Shown here: positions 50,335 through 59,025 of the stretch, piece by piece
How the letters are laid out: every line of letters begins with the position of its first letter
Numbering within the stretch: position 1 is the first letter of the stretch
Source of the DNA: Candidatus Kaiserbacteria bacterium
GTDB lineage: Bacteria; Patescibacteriota; Minisyncoccia; Phycocordibacterales; UBA2100
NCBI GenBank assembly: GCA_027083345.1
Contig: JALWOZ010000030.1
Coordinates: 977 to 64,976 of the forward strand
Direction of reading: 5' to 3'
Length of the DNA: 64,000 bases
Program-made: the position numbers and the translations under genes
Notes under the pieces: model-generated
Databases searched by the model: none
What the model saw: only the letters and a program-made list of their open reading frames with translations
What the model was told of the DNA's origin: nothing

Positions 50335-50407
50335 GCGGATATAGTTTAGTGGTATGACACATCCTTGCCATGGATGAGACGGGAGTTCGATTCTCCCTAT
50401 CCGCACA
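50335..50407 (+). tRNA. tRNA-Gly (anticodon GCC)
   Basis: GCGGATATAGTTTAGTGGTATGACACATCCTTGCCATGGATGAGACGGGAGTTCGATTCTCCCTATCCGCA. Anticodon stem CATCC/GGATG, loop TTGCCAT. Confidence 0.9.
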
Positions 50408-50469
50408 CAAGACACAGTTGTACAGCTTACTTTGCTTATCATAATTTGTGGGGTAAAATAGTACCCATC

Positions 50470-51105
50470 ATGGACTATACTCACCTACTAAATACGGTAT
50501 CTATACACTCCTCAATCACTTATTCTATACTATTTTTTGGATCATTCTTAGAGACAATATTCGTCTTGTCTTTTTTTATTCCCGGTGAGTTATTTTTTAT
50601 TTCCGGGTCAGCCCTCGCAGGTATGGGCTATTTAAACATATGGTTAGTTAGTGCTGTTTTAATAATAGGAGGCATACTAGGAGACAGTGTGAGTTTTTGG
50701 ATAGGACACAAATATGGTACGGGGTTTTATAAATTTTTTGAAGATAAGCCCGTGTTTAAGAGGTTCATCACCGCCGAAAAATTGGTTACATATGAAAACT
50801 ATTTTCAAACAAAAGGTGATAAACATGCCTTTTTTGCTAGATTTTTAGGGCCTATTTCTTGGGTATTCCCCTTTATTGCAGGAAGTTTTAAGGTTAAATA
50901 CAAACGCTTTGTCAGATATAATATTCCCGGAGTTGTGCTCGGTATAAGTCAATTTATCCTCATAGGATATGTTGGTGGGCGCCTACATAAATCCCTCCTT
51001 CATGTATACTATAGGTACACATTCCCCATTATGCTCTTATTATTTGTAATGTTTATCACATATTTATTTTTATTAAGGAAAAGAGCACTAGAGGCAAAAC
51101 TATAA
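50470..51105 (+). CDS. DedA-family (SNARE-associated/VTT domain) membrane protein
   Basis: VTT-domain motif FIPGELFFISGSALAGMGYLN...ARFLGPIS. Start placed at the ATG for MDYTHLL, because the upstream part of the ORF overlaps the tRNA. Confidence 0.75.
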   Translation: MDYTHLLNTVSIHSSITYSILFFGSFLETIFVLSFFIPGELFFISGSALAGMGYLNIWLVSAVLIIGGILGDSVSFWIGHKYGTGFYKFFEDKPVFKRFITAEKLVTYENYFQTKGDKHAFFARFLGPISWVFPFIAGSFKVKYKRFVRYNIPGVVLGISQFILIGYVGGRLHKSLLHVYYRYTFPIMLLLFVMFITYLFLLRKRALEAKL

Positions 51106-51122
51106 ATTAAAATACACTTCTT

Positions 51123-51722
51123 ATGACATACAACACCATAATAATAGCAATAACTGGAGCTGTGGGAACACTGGGGTATATTGGTATATTTATATTGATG
51201 TTTTTAGAGAGCACCTTCTTCCCCTTCCCTAGTGAAGTTGTCTTAATACCGGCTGGGTACCTAATCTACAAAGGCGAGCTAGATTTTACTTTGGTTATAT
51301 TAATGAGTATCTTAGGTTCTGTGGCAGGGGCGTGGCTAAATTACTATATTGCATACAAATTTGGCCGTAAATTCTTATTAAAATTTATAAAAAAGTCTAA
51401 ATTAGACAAAGTAGAATCGTTTTTTGCTAAACATGGTCCTATATCTACCTTCAACGGTAGGCTCATACCTATAGTACGCCAATATATATCCTTCCCTGCA
51501 GGGTTAGCTAAAATGGACCCACTGACTTTCACTATATACACAATATTAGGATCTTTGGTATGGGGGCTTATATTAATAGCATTAGGGTACTTTTTAGGGC
51601 GAAATTTAGCATTAGTACACTCATACTTAAAAAATATTACGCTTATACTTATAACAGCGGTTATTGTAGTAACAATGCTATATGTAGCTTATAACTCATA
51701 CAAATGCAGAGAAAATAAGTGA
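51123..51722 (+). CDS. DedA-family membrane protein (tandem paralog)
   Basis: FLESTFFPFPSEVVLIPAGYL...GRLIPIVRQYISFPAG, the VTT-domain signature. Confidence 0.75.
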   Translation: MTYNTIIIAITGAVGTLGYIGIFILMFLESTFFPFPSEVVLIPAGYLIYKGELDFTLVILMSILGSVAGAWLNYYIAYKFGRKFLLKFIKKSKLDKVESFFAKHGPISTFNGRLIPIVRQYISFPAGLAKMDPLTFTIYTILGSLVWGLILIALGYFLGRNLALVHSYLKNITLILITAVIVVTMLYVAYNSYKCRENK

Positions 51723-51723
51723 T

Positions 51724-52413
51724 CTATATCCCACTTAAAGGCTTAGCGTCCTTTATATCGTGCTCTCCTATTGTTAAACGCCGTAATGTAGCCGTAGTAG
51801 CAGGGTAGGGCTTACCCTCTACCAAATGACCCACTCTTTTCCCCAGTTCCTCTGACAAGCTCCTTATATAAACGCCGCTCTCCACCTCAAACAGTACTCT
51901 AGCCTCATATCCTTTAAATACCTCATCTTTACCGTGCCACAACAATGCCTCTTTTAGGTCTAGCAATACCGCATTGCGCACTGTCATATCTCGTATTGGT
52001 AGTATATACTTCTGCTTATTACGCACTTTTTTATACAAAGGCTGTCCTTTTTGCTTCACAGCACTATAGGCAGGTACAGGTAACCGCATAGTACAAACCA
52101 TTGTTTTAAGCGCTATATTAAGTGTTTCATATGTAATATCACCTATATCGCTTTCATGTGCAACTATCTCACCCTCCATGTCTCCTGTACTTCTGCTCTC
52201 TCCAATACGGACAGTAACCTCATAACTCTTGTCTAGCCCGAGTAATTCACTAGCTCTCTTTGTCTCCTCTCTACCAACTAATACAAGCATAAGTCCACTT
52301 GCGAGAGGATCTAGCGTCCCTGCGTGACCAACCTTCTTTATTCCTGTAGCACGCCGCACAGCAGCCACAACCCCAAATGAACTTATACCAACTGGCTTAT
52401 CTATAAGTAACAT
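51724..52413 (-). CDS. truB: tRNA pseudouridine-55 synthase (short form, no PUA domain)
   Basis: GISSFGVVAAVRRATGIKKVGHAGTLDPLASGLMLVLVG catalytic Asp motif. Start trimmed to the Met of MLLIDKP at 52413, because the longer ORF-track reading runs across the tRNA-Arg gene. Confidence 0.8.
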   Translation of the reverse strand: MLLIDKPVGISSFGVVAAVRRATGIKKVGHAGTLDPLASGLMLVLVGREETKRASELLGLDKSYEVTVRIGESRSTGDMEGEIVAHESDIGDITYETLNIALKTMVCTMRLPVPAYSAVKQKGQPLYKKVRNKQKYILPIRDMTVRNAVLLDLKEALLWHGKDEVFKGYEARVLFEVESGVYIRSLSEELGKRVGHLVEGKPYPATTATLRRLTIGEHDIKDAKPLSGI

Positions 52414-52483
52414 GATTAATATAATAGCGCACTTATTGCTTATATACGAATGTAGAGTATTATATTGCATACACATAATTAAT

Positions 52484-52556
52484 GCACCCATGGTGAAATT
52501 GGATATCATGCCGGCCTTCGAAGCCGTTGTTTCAGGTTCGAATCCTGATGGGTGCA
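52484..52556 (+). tRNA. tRNA-Arg (anticodon TCG)
   Basis: GCACCCATGGTGAAATTGGATATCATGCCGGCCTTCGAAGCCGTTGTTTCAGGTTCGAATCCTGATGGGTGCA. Anticodon loop CTTCGAA. One C/T mismatch at the top of the anticodon stem. Confidence 0.7.
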
Positions 52557-52594
52557 CAGGCAATTGTAATATAATGGTATAATAAATTTGCATA

Positions 52595-54112
52595 ATGGTA
52601 GACATGATAGATAAAAATAAAATCCCTATAGAGGTTACACATATAACCAACAAGATTGAGGAGGCAGGCTTTGAAGCATATCTTGTAGGTGGCTGTGTAC
52701 GAGACCTGCTCTTAAGTAGAACTCCTAAAGACTGGGATGTTACAACTAATGCAAAACCAGAGGAGATTATCCACATTTTTGGAGAAGAAGAGACTTTCTA
52801 TGAGAACAGCTTTGGCACAGTAGGGGTTAAAATAAACCAAATAGAGAGTAACTCGGATCTTAAAGATGATGATGGTATAGTAGAAGTAACCCCTTATCGT
52901 ACAGAGAGTACATACTCAGACAAACGTAGACCTGATAAAGTAATATTTAGTACCTCTCTCTCTGACGACCTTAAACGCAGAGACTTTACCATAAATGCTC
53001 TGGCATATAGACAATCAAAAAGCCTATTAGTAGATGAATATAATGGCAAAAAAGACCTAGACAACAAAACAATAAAAGCAGTAGGGGACGCAAACAAGAG
53101 ATTTAATGAAGATGCTTTACGTATTATAAGAGCATTACGCCTCTCTGCTCAATTAGATTTTACTATAGACGGCGATACACTGCTTGCAATAGTCAATGCG
53201 GTAGATTTACTAAAAGTAGTTTCACATGAAAGGATGCGAGATGAATTTAATAAGATAATAATGTCTGACACTCCAGCATCTGCACTTGGGCTAGCAGAGC
53301 AATTAAAAATGTTACAGTACATAGTGCCAGAGTTAAGAGAGGGTATAAACTGTGAGCAAGGCAAAAAGGCTCATAAATACGACGTATTTGAGCATAACCT
53401 AAGAGCACTACAACATGCAGCAGACAAAGGTCTGGGCTTAGAGGAGCGCCTTGCAAGCCTCTTCCATGATATTGGCAAACCAAGGAGCAGACGAGAGAAA
53501 CCTGCCCGCCGTGGCGGGGGCAATGGATATACCTTCTATGGGCATGAGGTAATAGGAGAGAGGATGACTAAAGCGATTATGCAACGGCTCAAATATCCTA
53601 AAGACACTACCAAGCAAGTAGCCAGCCTTGTGCGTTGGCATATGTTCTTCTCTGACCCAGACATCATCACTCTCTCTGCTGTGCGTAGGATGATCACAAA
53701 TGTGGGGGAGAAGAATATACAAAAATTACTAAACATAAGAATGTGCGATAGAATAGGCAGTGGCCGTCCCAAGGAGCAGCCATTCCGCTTCCGTAAATAT
53801 CAAGCAATGGTAGACGAGGCTCTGCGCGACCCTATATCAGTCGGCATGCTCAAGATAGACGGCTCATACATAATGGAGCACCTAGGAGAGAAGCCAGGCC
53901 CACGCATAGGTTGGCTCTTACATGCACTCCTTGAGGATGTATTAGATGATCCAGAGAACAATACAGTAGAATATCTCTCAGATAAGGCAAAAACCTTATT
54001 AAAATTAGACAATAACGAGCTCAAACACTTGGGTAAAAGTGGTGCAGAAAAGCAAAAAGAAGCCGACGAAGCTGAGGTGGCAAAGCTCCGAGAGAAGCAT
54101 CACGTGTCGTAA
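52595..54112 (+). CDS. cca: CCA-adding tRNA nucleotidyltransferase with HD domain
   Basis: Pol-beta NTase motif GGCVRDLLLSRTPKDWDVTT. PolyA_pol head/neck. HD motif (LFHDIGK). Lys-rich C-terminal tail. Confidence 0.85.
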   Translation: MVDMIDKNKIPIEVTHITNKIEEAGFEAYLVGGCVRDLLLSRTPKDWDVTTNAKPEEIIHIFGEEETFYENSFGTVGVKINQIESNSDLKDDDGIVEVTPYRTESTYSDKRRPDKVIFSTSLSDDLKRRDFTINALAYRQSKSLLVDEYNGKKDLDNKTIKAVGDANKRFNEDALRIIRALRLSAQLDFTIDGDTLLAIVNAVDLLKVVSHERMRDEFNKIIMSDTPASALGLAEQLKMLQYIVPELREGINCEQGKKAHKYDVFEHNLRALQHAADKGLGLEERLASLFHDIGKPRSRREKPARRGGGNGYTFYGHEVIGERMTKAIMQRLKYPKDTTKQVASLVRWHMFFSDPDIITLSAVRRMITNVGEKNIQKLLNIRMCDRIGSGRPKEQPFRFRKYQAMVDEALRDPISVGMLKIDGSYIMEHLGEKPGPRIGWLLHALLEDVLDDPENNTVEYLSDKAKTLLKLDNNELKHLGKSGAEKQKEADEAEVAKLREKHHVS

Positions 54113-54271
54113 TGACTCACAAGTAATACCAGAGCTCTGTAGGACAAACTAGCCACGGGGTCTTGCGCAGACGGCATCGTTAATGCCTGCGAGCAGAGCC
54201 AATTTTCTCCGCAGAGAAAATATGGTGAACCCCTGGGTAGTTTCGTCCTACAGAGCTCTAATACTTATAAA

Positions 54272-55060
54272 CTATATACTCACATCCACAGAGATAGGGC
54301 AATGGTCTGAGCCATATATACTCGTGTGTATCTGTGCACCCTTAACCTTAGACATTAGTTCCTCACTTGCAAAAATATAATCTATACGCCAGCCAACATT
54401 GCGCTCTCGTGCGCGCGTCTTCATATCCCAATACGAGTATTGCACCTTGTCGGGATTCAAATACCTAAAGGTGTCTACATATCCAAGAGCCTCCATCTCG
54501 TCTATCCACTCACGCTCCATAGGCAAGAAGCCGGTATTCTGCTCATTTGCTTTGGGTCGTGCCAGGTCCACCTCATTGTGTGCAGTATTTACATCACCCA
54601 TCCAAAGAACATTTGGTTGTCTCTTACGGACATTCTCTATAAAGGACATAAATATCTCATAGTACCCCATCTTAAAGGACAATCTCTCCGGACCACCTCC
54701 ACCGTTAGGGAAGTAGCCATTACACACTGCAAAGTCCTCAAATTCTACTGTTATAAGCCGGCCCTCACCGTCGTACTCCTCACTCCCTAATCCGTATTGC
54801 ACACTCTTAATTTTATCGGCAATCGGTTCTGCAATATACATTGCCGTACCACTGTAGCCCTTACGCTTTTTACTACTATTCCAATATGACACATATCCTT
54901 TTATCTCTCTTAGTGACTCTGGCATTTGCTCTTTTTCCATCTTTATCTCTTGCAGAGAGATTATATCTGGCTTTAAAGACACAAAATCTTCCCAAAAACC
55001 ATTACGATGCACAGCACGCAAACCATTAACATTCCAAGATACTATTCTCATAAGCAACAC
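54272..55060 (-). CDS. xth: Exodeoxyribonuclease III (AP endonuclease, EEP family)
   Basis: MRIVSWNVNGLRA start, QEIK, WxGDxN, SDHCPI motifs. Confidence 0.9.
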   Translation of the reverse strand: MLLMRIVSWNVNGLRAVHRNGFWEDFVSLKPDIISLQEIKMEKEQMPESLREIKGYVSYWNSSKKRKGYSGTAMYIAEPIADKIKSVQYGLGSEEYDGEGRLITVEFEDFAVCNGYFPNGGGGPERLSFKMGYYEIFMSFIENVRKRQPNVLWMGDVNTAHNEVDLARPKANEQNTGFLPMEREWIDEMEALGYVDTFRYLNPDKVQYSYWDMKTRARERNVGWRIDYIFASEELMSKVKGAQIHTSIYGSDHCPISVDVSI

Positions 55061-55069
55061 TATATCACA

Positions 55070-55990
55070 TTAACCTCTTTTGCGATTATGAAACGCCTTA
55101 TGCACCTCCTTGAGATGCTTGTCTGTCACGTGCGTATATACTTGAGTAGTAGATATGTTGGCGTGACCAAGTAAGGCCTGCACTGCGCGCAGGTCGGCTC
55201 CACCTTCAAGGAGGTCTGTAGCAAAGGAGTGTCTTATCACATGCGGGGTAACCTTTTTGCTAATACCAGCCTCAATAGCTCGCCTCTTGACTATCCTCTC
55301 TACAGAGCGGGGGGTAAGGCGCATATCTCCGCTCTCCTCCGCACCTTTAGCTAAGGAGATAAACATTGCCTCATCCATATCTTTACGTGCATTGAGATAC
55401 TTATTTAAGGCCTCTTTGGCAGAAGAGGAGAGGAAGACAACACGCACCTTAGAACCCTTACCGCGCACAGAGAATTCATCTCTGGTTAAATCCAAATCTC
55501 TATCTACAGAGCACAACTCCGAAACGCGCAAGCCTGTAGAGAAGAGGGTATGGAGTATCGCAGAATCTCTCAATGCCTTTAGAGTACCCGCGTCCTCCCC
55601 CTTGCTTGGCGCCTCTAGCAACCTCTTTAGCTCATCACAGGTAATGAGGTCTAGGTCTCTGTCTCCGAGCTTAGCAAGCTCTATTTTATCCGGGGCCAAA
55701 CATTTGACACCTCTCTTGCGAAGATACTTTAAGAATGAGCGCAGGGCTATAAGGTGGTAGTTTTGTGTATTCTTCTTCAACGTGTCGCCATCTGAGCCAA
55801 TTTGCCTATTGAGCCACAGTCGATATTCGCGCACAGACTGCTCTGTAATGTCTTTAGGCTTATCTGCGCCAGAGTAACCAAGGTACCTAACTAAGTATTG
55901 ATCATAATTTGCAACAGTCCTTGCGGCTCTGCCACGCTCTATCTCCAAATATTCTAGATACTCCTGCTTTAGGTCAAACAAACTTTGCAT
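55070..55990 (-). CDS. Tyrosine site-specific recombinase, XerC/XerD-like
   Basis: N-terminal SAM-like core-binding domain. Catalytic R...HxxR...Y (HVIRHSFATDLLEGGADLRAVQALLGHANISTTQVYTHV). Confidence 0.85.
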   Translation of the reverse strand: MQSLFDLKQEYLEYLEIERGRAARTVANYDQYLVRYLGYSGADKPKDITEQSVREYRLWLNRQIGSDGDTLKKNTQNYHLIALRSFLKYLRKRGVKCLAPDKIELAKLGDRDLDLITCDELKRLLEAPSKGEDAGTLKALRDSAILHTLFSTGLRVSELCSVDRDLDLTRDEFSVRGKGSKVRVVFLSSSAKEALNKYLNARKDMDEAMFISLAKGAEESGDMRLTPRSVERIVKRRAIEAGISKKVTPHVIRHSFATDLLEGGADLRAVQALLGHANISTTQVYTHVTDKHLKEVHKAFHNRKRG

Positions 55991-56106
55991 TAATATAATT
56001 ATAACACCAATGAACCAATAATCTTATAAATAACTACGAGGACTTGCATTCTTGCATTAGTGGCTAATATATTGTATAATCGTGCGCACTAAGTCACAAA
56101 AATCAT

Positions 56107-56376
56107 ATGACATTAACAAAAAGAATAAAAACAGCAGCAATCAAAAAGGTACAAAAAAGTGATAAAGACACTGGCTCTGCCGGCGTACAAGTATCAATAC
56201 TATCTAAAAAAATAGACAAACTAGCTGCCCACTTAAAAAAGAACCACAAAGACACTCACTCACGCAAGGGTCTATTGCAAATGGTAGCAGACCGCCGTAA
56301 GCACCTAAAGTACCTAGAGAAAAAGGATTCAAATACCTACACAGAGCTTGTTAAGACTCTTGGCTTGAAGAAATAG
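56107..56376 (+). CDS. rpsO: 30S ribosomal protein S15
   Basis: GSAGVQVSILSKKIDKLAAHLKKNHKDTHSRKGLLQMVADRRKHLKYL matches the S15 signature. Confidence 0.9.
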   Translation: MTLTKRIKTAAIKKVQKSDKDTGSAGVQVSILSKKIDKLAAHLKKNHKDTHSRKGLLQMVADRRKHLKYLEKKDSNTYTELVKTLGLKK

Positions 56377-56589
56377 CCTTTACTAAAACATAAGTACTAG
56401 ATCGTTGCGAGGCCATCCGCAAGATTTGGGCTTGGACGATAAATCCTACGCTTGCGTAGTGATTTATCCCAAATCTGAGGACTGTTGCTTGCTCCGCAGG
56501 AGAGCAGGCATTGCCGAGGAATGATATAGTACTTATGTTTATACATACCTCTTATATCAATTACTAATACACAATATATAATAAACACA

Positions 56590-57153
56590 ATGACAGTAAC
56601 AAAACACCCGCAACAAAGAGTTGCCATATTCATAGATACACAAAACTTATATCACAGCGCCAAGAATCTCTACGGAGCCAAGGTCAACTTTAAGAATCTC
56701 CTTGAGGATGCCGTGGCAGGCAGGCAGCTCATCCGCGCCAAGGCCTATGTGGTAGACACCGAGGGAGGGGAGGAGCAACCCTTCTTTGAAGCACTGGAGA
56801 AGCTCGGCATAGACATAAAGACAAAGGATATACAAGTCTTTGCAGGCGGAGCTAAGAAGGCCGACTGGGATGTAGGCCTAGCAATAGACGCCGTAACAAT
56901 CTCTCAAAAGATAGACGCCGTGGTACTAGCCACCGGAGATGGCGACTTTGTACCTCTTGTTAAGTACTTACAAGCACAGGAGTGCCAGGTGGAGGTTATA
57001 AGCTTTGCGCGCAGTAGCTCTGGGATGCTTATTGAGGCTGTAGACGACTTTATAGACATGGGGCAAGATAAGAGGAGGTACCTCATAGGCAACCGCCGCC
57101 GCAACTCCAACACCAAACGCAAACAATCAACTCGTAGAAATACTACAAAATAA
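56590..57153 (+). CDS. NYN-domain (LabA-like PIN-fold) predicted RNase, basic C-terminal tail
   Basis: RVAIFIDTQNLYHS...VVLATGDGDFVPLVKYL matches the LabA/NYN pattern (conserved acidic residues D16, D127/D129). Arg/Lys-rich tail. Confidence 0.75.
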   Translation: MTVTKHPQQRVAIFIDTQNLYHSAKNLYGAKVNFKNLLEDAVAGRQLIRAKAYVVDTEGGEEQPFFEALEKLGIDIKTKDIQVFAGGAKKADWDVGLAIDAVTISQKIDAVVLATGDGDFVPLVKYLQAQECQVEVISFARSSSGMLIEAVDDFIDMGQDKRRYLIGNRRRNSNTKRKQSTRRNTTK

Positions 57154-57199
57154 TCGGAATACATAGTAATTAAAGTTAAGTTAATTAGTATCACTAGTA

Positions 57200-57228
57200 T
57201 TGACTAGTGTACTAATGTGTGTTATTAT
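57200..57228 (+). promoter_or_regulatory. Candidate sigma70-like promoter TTGACT-17-TATTAT followed by a roughly 235-nt structured leader
   Basis: Hexamers at 57200-57205 and 57223-57228. Several hairpins at 57340-57450. Strong SD AAAGGAGAAAAG 6 nt before the ATG at 57465. Confidence 0.35.
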
Positions 57229-57464
57229 TCTAGTGTAGATCAAGATGGTATTCAATCACGACATTACCTATGCAAGTGATGTTTGAGACTATTCCTTGGT
57301 TTAAAATTGTTCTTTTACAATATGATACTTAGGTTAAGACGTGGTGTTAGATATTCCACTTTGGTTTTGATTACTCGAAACCAGTGTGGAGTATCTGCTC
57401 CCGTCTGTCGAAAACGGACGTTAAACCCAGTCTCAGCCCTCGAGGGGGCGAAAGGAGAAAAGTC

Positions 57465-58526
57465 ATGATCAATACTTTAGAATATATAAACGCAATGGGT
57501 AAGGCCAGCAAAGCTGGCCTCCCCGCCGAGGATGGCGGGGTTGAATACGTCCGCCACCAACTGGCGGCCGGTAACCCAATCGATAGCGAGCGGGTGGTGC
57601 CACTCGCTATAGATGAAACGAGGGGTGTAACCCCTCTCCGGCAGGACGCTTTCGAGCGTCCCGCTCTGGCCATACCGGCCGAGTGGGGCCACCTGAGGGC
57701 GGCCCGCCTCATGATAGAGGCCGGGGCAACCACCCACGGGGTGGTATGGGACGGGTGTGAAGTACCATGGGAGGAGAAGGCGGACTGGGTCCGCGAACTT
57801 CTTTCAATGGTACCGGCTGACCAGCCGGTTCTCATACACCCGCAGTCAATCGCCGCGGGTGGTGATAGATACTCCCTCATGGAGTATCGCCCCGAGCAAG
57901 GGGTGAAGGACGGTGGGTATAATACCCGCCATCTCTTAAAAAATGACCGGGCGCTCAGCGCGCCGGTCGAGGCGCTGGCAATGATCGTTCGCGATCCGCG
58001 GGCGATCTTGGGGGGCAACTTCAAAGGCTGCAACCTGCACGCAATGCTACCGGTCATGACCGGTGCGTACCGGGGGCACTCGGTCCTTGATGCATCACCA
58101 AATTTTTATGACCTTGGTCCTTGGTCGGTGTCGGAGGAGGAGGTTACGGCCTTCTTCTGGCGACATTTTGAACACCCCCAAGAGGCGGCTGTGATAACAC
58201 AGCCCCTGCTTGGGAAACTGCTGTGGCGAGCCGTTAAGGGGCGTTCCGCGCTCGTCTACCACGACGAGCCGGACGCCCTGGTAGGATTCCACCAAGGGCT
58301 TGGAACATGCGGGCTGGCTGCCCGCATATGGCGGTGGAAGGACTACGGCCAGGAGGCGTACTACGCCTCTCTGACGAAGGTAGACGTCAGCGCCGACACA
58401 GAGGAATGGCGTCATGCAGACCCAATTCCTTTGGTGCAAAAAATCTGCCGAACAAAGGCAGAGGCGCGCACCTGGCTCGACGAGCAGGTTGCCGCTGCGG
58501 CTAAAGTCGCAGCCAAAACCGCCTGA
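57465..58526 (+). CDS. GC-rich hypothetical protein (353 aa), compositionally foreign. Function unknown.
   Basis: Uninterrupted ORF with canonical SD. GCC/GGC/CGG-rich codon usage in sharp contrast with the AT-rich flanks. No recognisable motif. The ORF-track start at 57384 is less likely than the SD-ATG at 57465. Confidence 0.6.
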   Translation: MINTLEYINAMGKASKAGLPAEDGGVEYVRHQLAAGNPIDSERVVPLAIDETRGVTPLRQDAFERPALAIPAEWGHLRAARLMIEAGATTHGVVWDGCEVPWEEKADWVRELLSMVPADQPVLIHPQSIAAGGDRYSLMEYRPEQGVKDGGYNTRHLLKNDRALSAPVEALAMIVRDPRAILGGNFKGCNLHAMLPVMTGAYRGHSVLDASPNFYDLGPWSVSEEEVTAFFWRHFEHPQEAAVITQPLLGKLLWRAVKGRSALVYHDEPDALVGFHQGLGTCGLAARIWRWKDYGQEAYYASLTKVDVSADTEEWRHADPIPLVQKICRTKAEARTWLDEQVAAAAKVAAKTA

Positions 58527-58908
58527 GTATCAACAACGCCGGTGGGAAGCTATGCTTGCCACCGGCACGGTTAAAAGTTTCAAGGTAGGTTCTTTCCAAA
58601 AACCTCCAACTCTCTTAGAGTGTGTACTCTAACTGATGAGTCCCCGACCTCCGTAACTACGGCGGGCAGGCACAAGGACGAAAGAGTCTTACAATCCAAC
58701 TAAATAAAATAAAAGTTTCAACAGAGCTCAAAAACAGGCAGGTCATCGGGAAGCCGACAAATTTGGTAAAGTTATGTAAATTTGGTACACTGACGCTATT
58801 ATAAACACGAGTTTGCAGATACAGCATTGAACTTTGCTTATATCTGATATATAAGCAAAAGACGTTCAGTTCTGCATTCTGTAAGCTCATAAAAACGTTG
58901 GTATGTAA

Positions 58909-58994
58909 GTGAGAGTGGTGGAAACAATTTTCAAACCCGGGGCAGTGGGCGGCTAGGGATAGAGGGTTTGAAAATTCGTTTGCTCCGCTCTCAC
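58909..58994. repeat. Hairpin element C: imperfect about 30-bp inverted repeat (gtgagag...attttcaaaccc / gggtttgaaaatt...ctctcac) flanking conserved core cccggggcagtgggcggctagggatagaggg, in the pnp 5' leader
   Basis: Core nearly identical to element B (38029-38059) while the stems are unrelated. 32 nt upstream of the pnp ATG. Confidence 0.6.
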
Positions 58995-59025
58995 TATAAG
59001 ACTTACGAATAATCACATAAACATT

